A DNA stretch of 63,840 nt, filler included, from Rhabdomonas costata (taxonomy: Eukaryota): NCBI GenBank assembly GCA_019059605.1. It is 57 parts of 57 records of this genome, joined end to end, with 100 filler letters (N's around TTAATTAATTAA, not from the genome) between each part and the next. Parts side by side here need not be neighbours in the genome. Positions count along the whole stretch, not along the records: positions 35,898 to 36,919 come from JAHMHO010033004.1; positions 37,020 to 38,041 come from JAHMHO010033005.1; positions 38,142 to 39,163 come from JAHMHO010033006.1; positions 39,264 to 40,285 come from JAHMHO010033007.1; positions 40,386 to 41,407 come from JAHMHO010033008.1; positions 41,508 to 42,529 come from JAHMHO010033009.1; positions 42,630 to 43,648 come from JAHMHO010033010.1; positions 43,749 to 44,770 come from JAHMHO010033011.1; 49 more parts are not named here. One strand, 5' to 3'. The position numbers were made by a program, and so were the translations under genes. Shown piece after piece: positions 36,591 to 50,149 of this stretch; position 1 is the first letter of the stretch; every line of letters begins with the position of its first letter. Below the pieces are notes generated by a model. It was given only the letters and a program-made list of their open reading frames with translations, was not told the DNA's origin and did no database searches.

Positions 36591-38713
36591 CGTATCGGTC
36601 GAGCACCACGGAACCTTTCGATGTTGACCCCCCTACCTCTTCTCAAACCAAATCCCTGCGCTCCTAATGCATCCAAAGCAACGCAGCAGAAAGAAAACAA
36701 GTAAAGTGTGCACCTTAGGCTCTGTAAGAGCACGGTGGAACGGACGGTTTCGGACCATGCATCACATCTGAAAACCGCGTTCAGTTTGTGCGCTGCTCGG
36801 AAGTGCTTAAGTTTCCCGGGATCTGGATCAATGAGGAACACTCCTGGCTCGCCTAAATGCCCCTTTAAAAAACCCACACAATTCACTCAACTTCTCATCA
36901 TTAATGGGAAACCCCCCCCNNNNNNNNNNNNNNNNNNNNNNNNNNNNNNNNNNNNNNNNNNNNTTAATTAATTAANNNNNNNNNNNNNNNNNNNNNNNNN
37001 NNNNNNNNNNNNNNNNNNNGGGGTTTGGGCGAATTGTCCGCACACCAGACCTTCCCATTTCACGTCGTTAAAGGGGAACGTCTGAACTAAGGTCTGAGGG
37101 AGAGTGACCGGTTGTATGGCGAATTTCCTGAAATAGAAGTTTAATCAGAGTTTACGTTATCTTTTTTGTGTTGGGTGCCAATGAGTGCCCTTCAGATAGA
37201 AATTATTCCTCTTGCAGTTTGAGGCACTGCTCGGCTGCTCCTCTGTACTGTTCCGGAAGCTGCTTTTTTTATGGCAACAAAAAGTTGTTGGCGACTTGAA
37301 ATCGAGTTCCATTGGAATCAAATTGAGACTTAAAGCACGTGCGAAATGGGTTGGCAGCGAAGAGTTCTAGGGCTTGGCCGCTGCACAGATTAGCTACCGC
37401 GATGAGAACGACATCGCCGCGAAGACGGAGGAGTGGGCAGCACTGGACAAGAAGGTGATCCCTTTCATCCGCAGCGCTCTTCCCTGAAGACAGCTGTGCA
37501 GGACATGCATAACATTCTTAGAGAAAGGGCTCAGACACAGAGAAGAAGCGACTATCACAGCCCCAAAGGGGTAGTCACACATCAGGCACCAATGTCATGC
37601 GGAGGGAGCTGCAGGAAACAGCGGCAAGCGGGCAGCAACAAGGCAAGATTGACGACAGGTGAAGCAGCAGGTACGAAAGGAGATTGCTCGGGATACCAGT
37701 GTTCGAGGTCGTCACAGAGCTGGTAGAGCTGGCACCCTGTGACAGAGGACCCGAGTTGATGGGCGATTGCGCCAGACAAGCCAGCAGATCTCTGGCGCGC
37801 CAAGGCACGCCAGGTCCATACAGGAGTCGTGAGCTATCCTTCGCGGGATCCGCTGAACACCCCGTGCAATCACCCACCCACCCACACACACACACACACG
37901 CTTACGCTTGCACATCCACAGCAGCCCAGAGACTCGAGCAGCACTCGAGGGGTAGTTGCGCGAAAAAACCCATGAGGCAAGGGGATTACCGCATGTGGAA
38001 CTAATGAGCTGTCACCTCACAGCACCAATCGCCCACACCCANNNNNNNNNNNNNNNNNNNNNNNNNNNNNNNNNNNNNNNNNNNNTTAATTAATTAANNN
38101 NNNNNNNNNNNNNNNNNNNNNNNNNNNNNNNNNNNNNNNNNGGTGGGTGTTTGAAGGCGACGGACAATATTTTGAACTGCACCGATGAACGTGGTCACGA
38201 GCAGCACCGTACCGCATCATGGCCGTTTCGCTTCGTTTTTCCGCCTATCCTTTTAGACTTTCGGTTTTGAGTTTCCTTTGGGAAATTTCTCTCCATGATA
38301 AACAGTGCTGAGGGACAGTGTTCTTCCTGCCGAAGGTCTTATTAACTGCTCTTTGGGGTTTTCTTCGACGGACGCTGACTGATTGCGGCTGTATGGCCTT
38401 TCCTACTCTCGTACAGCGAGCGCAAGTTCCTCCTCCCTGACGACTGCCCTGAGGCCACGGCGATGCTGGGTAGCCTTCTCCTGGCCAACGGGGGTGCGGG
38501 TACCCGCTCCGTTGTTGAAGACACCGTCAACAACGAGGTCGTTGCATTCGCTATGCATCCCTCTCTCTCGCTGCCCGCTGAATAACTACCCTCTACTGGA
38601 ACCGCTCTGTGCACTTTCGGAAGCTACAGCACAGACTTCAAATCCGGCACCCCCACACACACATACACTGAGGTTTTCGGGTGCTTGTTTTGGACTATGG
38701 ATCTCGGCTGCAG

Positions 38714-39163
38714 CTACTCTGAACAAAACGCAACAGGTCCTACGCAAGTACTTTTTCAAGCTCACCGACGAGTTTCTGCAGCCTCTACGCGCCTGTTTCA
38801 GCGAAATCTGGTGAGTCCCTGCAGCTTTCCCTCATCTTTTTGCTTGATTTCTTGCCACCGTGTCTGAGTTCCAGTGGGCGTTTATTTCCACCTTTGATTT
38901 CTGCGTTTCTCTGCCTATTGCCTGGGATGTCACATTCTTCTTCCCCTTCCTCTTTGTGCTCGCTATTCCACGTGCTCGACCGCTGGACTTTGACGCCGTT
39001 TTTTTTTACCCCAGAGGACAGTGTTTTTCTCACCTTCATGTCCGCAGGCACTCCGTGAGGTTGCCTCTTCTGCTGGGCGGGCTTAGCGGAGCGCGGGAGC
39101 GCGCTGAAGTGTTTTCCGAGACGGCCTTCCTGGGCTACCTCGAGACCCACCCCCATCCCCACC
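38714..39163 (+). CDS. DENND6: DENND6/FAM116-like protein, two exons (38714-38810, 39048-39163)
   Basis: TQQVLRKYFFKLTDEFLQPLRACFSEI-W-...FSETAFLGYLETHP resembles LRRYFxELTxxFxxPL...FxxxxFLxxLExxxP. The splice is phase-compatible (TG|G). Confidence 0.6.
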
Positions 39164-42100
39164 NNNNNNNNNNNNNNNNNNNNNNNNNNNNNNNNNNNNN
39201 NNNNNNNTTAATTAATTAANNNNNNNNNNNNNNNNNNNNNNNNNNNNNNNNNNNNNNNNNNNNGGGGTCTCACCCCTGCGAATGTTCTCTCGGTATTCGC
39301 GTATCGAGCGCCTCCCCTCCCTGCCTTACTGTCCTGGGTCCTTTTCCTGGTTGCCTTTTCCAGTCCCATCTGTTGAACTGTTTGAACGCATTCCCTGTAA
39401 TGTGTTATGTCCAGAGGATAAGGTGAATGACACGCTCTGTATTCGGTTCTGTATTTTACAAGTATAAAGATGTCCTTCGAACAATGCCTGCATTCCCCCC
39501 CCCCCTCTCCCATCTCTTCCCCGTCACTCGCCATTATTCTGCGCGAGATCGACGTCCCGCGCTGGCTCAGCTGCTCGTTGAGGTCGAGGTCCTGGTCCTA
39601 CCACTTTGGATGTGCGAAACCTCATACATTTTCCGACTCCCTCGATCTTTTACGCGGAAAGGGAAGGCGGATTTTCACATCCCTTTCGCATTATCATCTC
39701 TTTTCTTCAAATCCTTTGCGTCCCAATTTTTTGCACATGCAGACATCGCTCCCTGCAGGACATTACATTTTTGGAGCAAACGAAAGGTTTAATGTTTCTG
39801 CGGGGCTTCGTTGCACAGATGAACCCCTCGTTCTCCTGCCCTGCGAGAAAGCTGAAAATGCCCAGACCAGCGGATGAGGTAACTTCACGCATGTTTGCCT
39901 TCTCTAGGGCTCTCCTCTTCTCCCCAAGGGCTACTTCGGGTGGCAGGGCCACCCCCTGTGGGCTTTGGTGTCGTTGTCTCTGCAATTCTTCCGTGAGCCG
40001 CCAAGGAGCCAAGAAGTCTTGAGAGGCTGTCTACTATACAGAGCTAGAAGAGCGAATAAAAGAGCTACGGCTTTCGTAGAAGATGGGTTCTGGAAACTTA
40101 GTGCTCCCATGGAGCGAGCCCTGAATGCTGAATGCGGACGGACCTCACAAAGTTGAGCGGACAGGTTGGTCTTCGCAAGACCCGCGCGGTACACTGTGGT
40201 TCAAAAATTATCCTTGCCAGGGCACCTCGCAGTTCCGCTTCAGGTATCCGAGAATGAGGGCTGACCGAAGTTAACCACAAACCACNNNNNNNNNNNNNNN
40301 NNNNNNNNNNNNNNNNNNNNNNNNNNNNNTTAATTAATTAANNNNNNNNNNNNNNNNNNNNNNNNNNNNNNNNNNNNNNNNNNNNGTGTGGTGGGGACCC
40401 AGCACTAGTTTCTTCCCGCGGGTGCAGGTGTAGAACAGTTTTCCTCACCCTTAACACCAAATATGAATCATATTGTGGGCGCTGTTACTGAAACAAAAAT
40501 ACCAAAAATAGCTTCGGTTGTTTTCTGTTCCTTTGCCTCATTGAATGATTTCCATCAATTTCAAACAATCAACAATCCTTTTATCCATTTCCATTGATGT
40601 AAAACAGTGCCAACGGTTAATAATGGTTCCAAGGGGAGATGTAAAGGGCGATGCGCATCTCAAGGTTCTAGGTGTTGCACATGCGCAAGGGAAGAAAATC
40701 TAGCCATCAAGACAACTTTCCCGGGGTTATGCGATTGCAGAAATGTTTTCATACATCACTGTTGCTGATGCTGCCTGTCCATGGGGACATGCATTTTCAC
40801 TTTTCCCCTGAAAAAAAATAAAAGAGAAAACCAAAACAATCTCCAGGGATCCCCCCCGTCCATTTTACCTTTAAAGTCCGAGAGCGCCCGATTTTATCGC
40901 ATTTTTTGAGGTGGTGGCCATTGATAATCGCAGAAACCGTTTTGATAAGCCACTTCAAGACAAGCAGCAAGTGTGCAAGCCTCTCAAGCAGCCTGAGCGA
41001 TGCAGGCCGGTATCCTCGGATGAGCGATCATCAATCTCACCAGTCGGACGACAGCCAAGTCAGTATATTACCTGGGAGGCGTTGGAAAGTCCTTTAGAAA
41101 TTATGGGTATCTAGGCGAACTGAAGCAATCTCCAAATCTAGTTCGTGGAGTGTTGTTGTTGTGGTGGTGGTGGCGGTGGGGTCTTCATGTGCCGTGTCCA
41201 TCAAGACTCATACAGTCTTATCCTATTTTTTTCTGCCGTGTGAAAGTTGTGTGTTGTCTCGAACAAGTGTTGTGAATAAGTTTGGTTGGGGGGTGGCGTC
41301 CGAGGGCGCTTTGCTCGGGCAGCGATAATGCGGGCCACCCTGCGCTGGCTTACGGCTGCGGCTGCCAGCCCAGGCTCTGGCGCAATGAGGGTTTTCGCGA
41401 AAGCTAANNNNNNNNNNNNNNNNNNNNNNNNNNNNNNNNNNNNNNNNNNNNTTAATTAATTAANNNNNNNNNNNNNNNNNNNNNNNNNNNNNNNNNNNNN
41501 NNNNNNNTGTGTGTTGTTTACTGCTTGCCTTTGCCACTCGTGCTTCAGCTCTGGCTTCTTGCTTCCTCACCAGTTGGAGGTAGTCTCCCCATTTCTCTTC
41601 CACCCGCGGGGCATCTCGAGAGGCGGGATGAGAAGATGGGGTGGGGTGGTTTGAGGATGGGGAAGAAGAGAGCACTGCCACGTTGCATTGCCTTATCATC
41701 GGAGCTGAAGGAGTGTATATGGCCTGCACAGTGCTGGAACCGCACGACCTTTTGATGTTCTGTGCAAGTGCTTTTTGCTGTCCTTTTCGGGAAATGGGTA
41801 GAATTTGCTGGCTCACAAGCTGCATCACCTTGGCGAAATCTGTTGTGCCAATTGATCACTTTTGATGGCTGCCTTCGGTCATCTCGGGATGCACTCCGGC
41901 GGATTTATTGTCAAAAGAGGCTCTACACGTGGAAAAACACTGAATTGCTGTTTGCCACTGGTTTCTTTTGTGAGGTGTGGCGGACTGGTGAAGGAAAAAT
42001 CTGCCGGCCGGCAGTGTGGAATGTTGAATGCGGGCATCTTTGTTATTATGTGGAGAACAGCAGTTGCATTGACTTTAATGCTGCTTAGAGCTGAACTGCT

Positions 42101-43044
42101 GCAGATGCAGAGAGAGTATGAAGAGAGAATATGTGAAATCTTATGAGATCATCGGGGTGACGGATGTGAAGTGTTTTCGAGTTGAGCGCCGAAGCATTGA
42201 AGCAGAGGCAAGCCTTGTCGAGAGGAAGTTCGCGGAGAGTCCTGGAAGCAGACCGGCATGGCAGGGTATGGCGGAACAGTCTCGTTGCAGAGTCGAAATA
42301 GGAGATGTTATAAGAGCTAGGCTGGAGACTTGGTGGTGACAACACAAAAAGCCGACCCCAGGCAGTGGAATCCATCCTAGAAGAGAGCAGGGCGAGACAA
42401 AATGACTGGCGAGGAAGCGAGAGTAGGACAATGGAGGAGGAGATTGCAAGGGGCGAAGCATAAGAAGAGAAGCAAAAAGCAGCACACTGGCAGAAGAGAA
42501 GTTCAGAATGGAGTACAGTCAAAAAACCCNNNNNNNNNNNNNNNNNNNNNNNNNNNNNNNNNNNNNNNNNNNNTTAATTAATTAANNNNNNNNNNNNNNN
42601 NNNNNNNNNNNNNNNNNNNNNNNNNNNNNTGTTTTGGGGTGTGTGGCATCATATTGTAGAGCATGTTTGCTCAACACCAGGCTATGTGTGTCTTACCCTA
42701 CTAGTGTTGTGTGCCACCATGGCTATGTTGTGGTGGTGGTGTGGGTCCGATGTGTGTGTGGGGGGTTAAAGAAACTGTTCCTTAAGTGTGCGATCTCCTG
42801 GAACCGTTCGTCGCCCGGGGCAAAGTCACAGAAGTTCACACCCGCCACCCGAAATACCGAGGACCGGAACCGCTCCGACTTTTTGAGAACTGGGGACAAC
42901 AGATGGGCAGTTGCAAGAAAACGATCCAGCCGGGGTAATAGATTCTACGAAGTGTGTTATTCTTGCAGCAAAATCATAAGACAGAAGACAACAAAATAAG
43001 GAATAAACGAGACTCCTCGGGAATGGGAGGCTTGCGACACAAAC

Positions 43045-43580
43045 CCCATCTGCTGCACCAGAAGCCGGCACAGGCACAGCCCCAGTCCACACCCCGGAGC
43101 GGCACGGCTGTTCTGAGAACCACCGCTTATCCTCGCAAAAGGCTGGAAAAGCTTCGGCTGCTCATCCTCCGGGATCCCACAGCCGTTGTCCTCCACCGTC
43201 ACCCGCACCATGTCCTCGCCCTCCTTCGTAAACACCACCCGCACCTGCCGCGCCCGCGAACAGCACTGCACCGCAAGCAGCGCGTTGCACAGCAGGTTGA
43301 TCACAACCTGGCTGAGCCGAGCGAAGTCCCCAAAGACTCGGGGCGGAAGATCAGATGCAGCCTCAAAGAGAAGCTGCACACCCATTCGCTTCGCTTCGGT
43401 CTCAAATAGACGTTGGAGCTGAGCCACCAGCGAGGCCAAGGAGAAGGGTCGCATGTTGAGCACCAGCTGCTGCTGCGTACATTCGTGCAGGTCGACGAAG
43501 TCGGTGACCAAGTTGGTCATCACTCGAGAAGCGTGGAGGATGATCCGCGACATTTCTTTGTCATCCTTTCCGCCCAGCAT
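43045..43580 (-). CDS. Sensor histidine kinase exon (end of HisKA plus HATPase_c)
   Basis: gtAG|...GDFARLSQVVINLLCNA (N box), VEDNGCGIP (G1), LFQPF (F box), GCGLGLCLCRLLVQQMG (G2)|GT. Confidence 0.9.
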
Positions 43581-44177
43581 CTACGGATAAAAGTACGAGT
43601 CTCATTTTTTCGCGCGCACACACACACAGCCGGTTAATAAAAACACACNNNNNNNNNNNNNNNNNNNNNNNNNNNNNNNNNNNNNNNNNNNNTTAATTAA
43701 TTAANNNNNNNNNNNNNNNNNNNNNNNNNNNNNNNNNNNNNNNNNNNNGTTTAGTGGGTCAGAGGGGCATGTAAGTGTCCCCTGGGATTCGAATAAAGAA
43801 TCTTTTGCATGGGGTTACAAGGCGATGCACATGTCCGCAAGCTCTTTCACAGAATGCATTGGGCCTCGCAGCTCCGCTGTGCTCCACAGCACAGCACGTT
43901 CTACAAAACCCGTTTCCATGGGGGGGGGGGGCTGAAGCAGTTTTGAGGGAAAGGGCACCGATTCCAAGTAGGGATGCTGAGGGAGTTGAGAAAGAGTCAT
44001 TTTTGCAATGCTTCGAGATCATACAAAGGAGCAAGGGTCCTGCGTCTTCCCTTTTTCGTTTCTTTTAATACTCTTGTTTTTGCTTTTGGACAACTCCTTT
44101 TGCAATGCTTAATTTGCTTAATGCTTAGTGCTTATTTTTACGGAGGCAAAAAAAAGCGCACAAAAAAAAGTCAGAAC

Positions 44178-44430
44178 CTCCTGTTTCATTTGTCAGCGAC
44201 AGCCCCACGGGGTACCCGAACAGAGGGACTTGCTCATGCTCTGCCACCGCGGCCTCTGCCTCTTCACGGCTCGGAAAGCCAACCAGAAACTTCCCGCGGT
44301 GTTCGGGCCGGAACGGCCGGAACACCTGCAGCTGGTGCCCCAGCGCCCGCTGCAGCTGGGCTTGGATCCAGCCCTCGCACAAAAACATCACCGCAAAGGG
44401 GAACCGGGCCGGCCTTACCCCAATCGGATA
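44178..44430 (-). CDS. Exon with a probable RNA recognition motif (RRM) C-terminal half
   Basis: RGKFLVGFPSREEAEAAVAEHEQVPLFGYPVGLSL resembles RNP1-helix2-beta4. Boundaries approximate. Confidence 0.5.
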
Positions 44431-44917
44431 GAAGTCAGGACACCACGAGAGCGGATCCCAGGGGGTCGCAAACAGCAACATTACATACTATCGATAGAGA
44501 TGGTTGTGCTCGTCAATGTCCTTACCGTGTCCTTTGTAGAATGTGCTTCATCCAAGAGCTGGATTCTGGACGTTTCATCCAGCGATTCTATTTTCTACTA
44601 TTTCGCAAGCCCTGTACGGGATGGGCGATGCCAGAACCCATCTTGATGCGATTTTACGAACCCTCCAAAGGCTAATCAGTAAGATGGCTTCCAAATCTCA
44701 TGGTTCTTTTTTCATGGTAAATCCTGCCCACATACCCGAGCCGTTAACCCTGACCACTGTTTGCCCAGGCNNNNNNNNNNNNNNNNNNNNNNNNNNNNNN
44801 NNNNNNNNNNNNNNTTAATTAATTAANNNNNNNNNNNNNNNNNNNNNNNNNNNNNNNNNNNNNNNNNNNNGGGGTTGGGGGGAGCGAAAATCCGAATGTG
44901 GCCTCCGTAGTGCTTCT

Positions 44918-44978
44918 GACAGCAAGCAGTGTGATGCAGCCTCCTTGTTGATTCCGACAGCAAGCAGTGTGATGCAGC
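44918..44978. repeat. 23-bp direct repeat, two copies
   Basis: gacagcaagcagtgtgatgcagc at ~44918 and ~44956. Confidence 0.8.
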
Positions 44979-47298
44979 AGGGGTATGCCCGCGAAGTTGC
45001 ATCTGTGCTTGCATCCATGATGCGGCTTGCAAACCCGGGGCAGGATTCTAAGAAGACCACCAGCTGAAGGCTTCGCTCCTCTCTGCAGATGCCCCATCTT
45101 TGGCGGAGCAGGCAGCCACCCTCGGCCTCGCTGAGATCTCATCTGCAGTTGCAGGAAACGAAAGGCTCGCACTTTCGCGTGGAATGACCCCGTTCGTGTG
45201 AGAAAATCCATGCGGAGAATCTCACGAGGAATATGGCCTGCGTCATCACGAAATATCGGGTGTGGGCATCGTCGTGGAACCCTCTCTGCTGCGTGAACCA
45301 AAAGAATGTGGCCGTGCACATTCGTCGTTCGTCATTTCTCCACAACATGTGGATATCAATAAATGCGATCATCGAGGCACAGATGCCGCGTTTGCCGTAA
45401 CATCGCGAGATTAGCATCGTGTCGCGATGTGATTCAGATGTGATTCAGCGCAGCACAGATTGCAGCGCCCACCATTCGTCGCGTTAATCGTGAATGCGAA
45501 TGAAAGTAAGCGGCCAAGTGACCGCAACTTTGGGAGAGCTTTCGCGCAAGTGCGCGAAAATGCACCGACACCGTCATGACACAGATGGGGGAAATATGAC
45601 ACAGACTGAGGGAAGGGTAATGCCTGCTTGCGATGCACAAAAAAAATTGGCACTCTGCCAACAACCGGGCAACAAACAGGTAAAAAGAAGCTAAGCAGCA
45701 ACGTTACAAAAACGGAAAAATTGTTTTATTAACTTACCCCAGCAAAATCCAAGTGCAAGTCCAACAACAAGCACACGCGCTTAATGAGCATTTCGAAACG
45801 TTTACAGAAAGGACATCAAAGCCCCACAAAAAGACACCCAGCCTAGGGTAAGACACAACAAGATAATCATTAAATCGCTATGACAACCACACNNNNNNNN
45901 NNNNNNNNNNNNNNNNNNNNNNNNNNNNNNNNNNNNTTAATTAATTAANNNNNNNNNNNNNNNNNNNNNNNNNNNNNNNNNNNNNNNNNNNNTGTTTTGG
46001 GTTTCCCTGACTGCTTTAGGGAGCTCGTTGCCCTCGGCTTACTACCTTGTTTGACATTTGCTTGGGTGGGGTCTTAGTGCATGTTCTCTGGCTTTGGCGG
46101 CTTTCCAGGAATTCTGCGCATCCGAGGATGTGTCCTCGCTGCTGAGGATGATCCGTGATGAGGTATCTACGCCTTTTCTCACGGCTTTTGGACTCCGAAT
46201 GGTTCTGCTGCCGAGGTTGTCGAGCTCCCTGTTCATAGCGACCCACGCACCGTGCCACCCCATATTTGTGTTGTGTTTGTCACGGTTATTATTTCCTGTT
46301 GGAAGCTGCTGTGCACAACATCCTTGCTTCTTTTCCCTTTTTGTAATTTCATCGTCAAAGGTTTGCCATTTGCCATTGTTATTTTCGGCTCTTAGCGATA
46401 CTTCAGAGCACAATCGTTGCCACCACGGGACTCACCTACCCCCTGATTGGGGACCGGGGAGCTTCATCCAGGGAAGAAAGAGCGTGCTCTCTCGGTTTGG
46501 TGGGTCGTCATCCCCCATTTCAGGGTCCTCTCTGATCTGCTGCGCACAGATTTGCGAAGCTCTGTATGCGGACCTGGACCCCTCCACCCGACTTGCGCTT
46601 CAGCGCATCGGGGCATCCTTCTGGAAGGGAGCTGACCCTTGTGGGGAGGCAAGCGGGGTGGTGAAGGGGAGGGTGGTCCCCCGGCAGGGCGCCAACCCGG
46701 CGAAGGACCCCGAGCCCTGCCTGTACAGTGCGTCGAGGCGCAGCACCCAGTTGCCCCTGGGGCAGATGCTCCAGCTTTACCAGTATTCAACCTGTTTTGC
46801 TATTCTTGTTATGGCGCAGTATTCCAAAACACAACAAGCCGACTTCAGGGAAGAAAAAAGTCGGCACCAAACCAAACTGCAAGTGCAGACAGACTTGAAT
46901 TGTTTGGTTTCGCCGCAGAAGCGAGCATCTCCACGAGCAGCCTTGAACACCCTTTTTTATTGGAGCTTGCAGTCCATCATTTGAGCGCACAACACCCCCC
47001 AAACACACCCACACNNNNNNNNNNNNNNNNNNNNNNNNNNNNNNNNNNNNNNNNNNNNTTAATTAATTAANNNNNNNNNNNNNNNNNNNNNNNNNNNNNN
47101 NNNNNNNNNNNNNNTGTTGGGGTGTTTGGTTGTGGTTTTTGCCTCCCCCATAAGGCGCACCCTGAGGCTTCGTGAATTGCCCATTTCACACGGTGAGCTC
47201 TGGGCAAGCGGAAAAAGCAGCTAGGAAGATGGAGAAGAGAGAGAGCGGGAGAGGAGCGGTAGGAAGTGAGTGTAGTGGCAGTCCACGGGGGGTGACAC

Positions 47299-47429
47299 GC
47301 CTCGAAAGTTGAACCGCAGGGTGGAGAAACCGCTGTGGCGAAGGTTCTGAGTGACATCCACCACGACATTGTTGGCCATGTCCCCACCCAGCTTGGAGTG
47401 GGGGTGGGTTACAATAACCCCATGATGGC
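47299..47429 (-). CDS. Alpha/beta hydrolase exon (COG2945-like)
   Basis: AG|..GVIVTHPHSKLGGDMANNVV...GFSTLRFNFRG|GT matches HPHPxxGGxMxNxVV...RFNFRG. Confidence 0.85.
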
Positions 47430-49412
47430 CTGTGATTGATGGGGTGCAACAAAGGGTCACGTCATAATAGCACAGGCAAGTGCGGCGAACGGGGCGGCGG
47501 TGCCCAACACCATTCATAACAAACCCGGCAGAATGTAAAGGGACGCAACACACATGCACATGAAGCACCGTGCCAGCAGTGGCTGGGACTGACGTCTTCA
47601 CCCTGATCCCTCCTCCCTTCTTTCTTCGCAGGTCACATTCGCAGGTGCCTTGCTGTCCGCAGATTCTGCAAGATGCGCCACGAGGTCACAGCATGAGTCT
47701 GCGTAAGAGTGAAGTCATCAATCATGATTCAAAAGTCGAGCAGGAGTTCCAAGGCCGCGCAAGTAAACCTGAGAACCGCCATGTGCCATTTCTTTGGGCC
47801 GTATCAAATTTTCGATGGAAACGCATTTCGATGGAAGCTGTTTAAAGCCCCATCCCAACGCCCGCGCCGGGGTAAGGTGGTGTGCGCGTATGTGTGTGGG
47901 GGCGCTTACCAAACGCAGTGCTGGACGACGCAGCCCACATCCCGCGCAAAACTACACCATCCTCAGCAGCGAATTGCACGGCTTGCTCTGAAATAAAAGG
48001 GAGACGGGTGCGTGGCACGCCGAGAAAGGAGCCTGTCGGGAGGGGTCCGGCGAGGCGAAGGGAACTTCGTAGCCCAAAACCAAGGAGGGAGTTCGGGGTG
48101 TTTCGCTTTCTTCCATCACCATCACTAATGTAGTGTNNNNNNNNNNNNNNNNNNNNNNNNNNNNNNNNNNNNNNNNNNNNTTAATTAATTAANNNNNNNN
48201 NNNNNNNNNNNNNNNNNNNNNNNNNNNNNNNNNNNNGTGTGGTACCTCAAAGGTGACTATGGTGGGGCCGGACTGACCCATGGCCAGCACAGCGGTGAGG
48301 CGAGCGCTGTACCACTCCTCGTCGTTCCCGGGGTTCCGGCGGAGATCGTCGCGGCGGTCGTTGACCTCAAACCAGGGCGAGGGGGATGCTGTGGGGCCCT
48401 CGGCGAACTGAGGCAGCGGACCCCAAGTGCGGGGTACCTGATCCAAGATCCAAAAGGGAATGAAGAACGAAGGAGACAGCGTTTTTTTTTGGGGGGGGGC
48501 GTGCATTATAATTTGAAAACCACACGTCTGGGAATTTGCATTTCCAAAACGCACTTCCACTGAAGAGGCTCAACTCTTTTCGACCAGTGTGGGGGCTTAT
48601 GGAGCATGAGGACTTCTCAACAGCCAAACAACAGACACGCTTCCTTCCTTCTTTCCTTCCTTCGTTCCTTCCCTGCTTCACGAATCCGCCGATATAAGCG
48701 GTCGGCGAAAAGGAAACAGAAGAGCTCCCATATCAGTCATTTTTGCTACACCACCACGACTGCCAGCAAAGGTGAAGAGATTCCATCAGCACACTGACAG
48801 GTAATTTGTGGTGGTTTTGTGTTCCAAATTTATTTTGCTCTTCATTGCAGTGCAAGGCCCCCAAGCGCAGTACCCAAGATCCGGCAGTGACCCAGTGCGT
48901 GTGCGCATCACCTCTGTATGAGGGTTCCAGCGCGTGGATGCTTTCCCAGCGAGTGTGCGCGCGCGCATTCTTCACAGTGCGGAATTCAGATTTCGCGGCT
49001 CTTCCCGTCCCCCGACCTGACAATCCGCATTGGGCATGACAGCCCGCATTGTGCGCGCATCTTTTCCGGCTGTACACTTGTGGGACTGGATACTCAGTAT
49101 AGTAAGTTATACACAAAGTGAGGGAGGGGGTGCGGCGGGGGGCAACAGGTCCAATTTAGCGCTGATTTACTTCTCAAGCACCGAAAGCACCGGGTATAGT
49201 CTGAGCCACCGCTCACCCAGAGGTTTATTGTATAGTGCTCTTTTCCCCCAACCAACNNNNNNNNNNNNNNNNNNNNNNNNNNNNNNNNNNNNNNNNNNNN
49301 TTAATTAATTAANNNNNNNNNNNNNNNNNNNNNNNNNNNNNNNNNNNNNNNNNNNNGGTTTTGGGTCAGATTTCACTTCCCATCCACTTCTTTTTGTGGG
49401 TGGGCGGCAAAG

Positions 49413-50149
49413 GTTGACCGCGGAGCAGGTCCCGCGGTCCGAGGATGGGTTGCGCCAGTTGGTTGCGGCGCAGTGCTGGCGGGAGGTGGTGAAGCTCTGC
49501 GAGGCCATCCCGCAGGCCAACCCTGACATGCCCCCACACCAGCGGCTGAGATGGGCCCAGGCCCGGATCACGGCTTACCTCAGGCTGCGGATGCCGGACG
49601 CTGCAGCGGAGGTCTCGTGCAACTCCTCACCACACAGCTTGTCGCTTTGCTGTGTCGAGCTGAGCTAGCCCCTCCCCCAACTCTCTTCTCGCCTTTTGGT
49701 TTTTCGTTTGGGTCTTCCATCTGATGTTGCTCCCCCTTTCCCTCAATGTTTCCCTCTCATCTATCCTTCGCAGTGCTTAGCTTCGTTGGTGAGATATTCA
49801 TCGGCGTGCTGTCGCCTTGCACAGTTCGTGACGAACCATCTTTTGTCCCGAGTTCCACAGCAGATGCAGCACATATTTTCCCTCGGATTTCAGCCCCACT
49901 CAATACCATCCATGGAGGGGAGAAAGTGATCCACTCGAGGCGCTTTTTTTTAGGTCATAGCACAGCAATTTTTGGGCTGGCGGGGTGGGACAGGTTTTTG
50001 CTGGGCTCGGGCCTCTGGATGGCCCCTCGCACCGCTTCGATGCGTACCCCGAGACGTACCCAGGCAGGCAGGGGTGCATGGTGCCCTTCTCCCTGCGTGT
50101 GCTTCATGCCCAGCTACCACTGCTGAAGCCCGACCTCTCGACGGCTCGG
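49413..50149 (+). CDS. TRAPPC12: TRAPP complex subunit 12 (TTC15), two exons (49413-49611, 49994-50149)
   Basis: GLRQLVAAQCWREVV and YPETYPGRQGCMVPFSLRVLHAQLP match the YPxxYPGRxGSMVPFSxRxLHAEL signature. Confidence 0.85.

Noticed and set aside
46058-46984. 308-aa ORF as a single gene
   Set aside because: It appears to read through pyrimidine-rich intron sequence between two short exon-like pieces; no family recognised.
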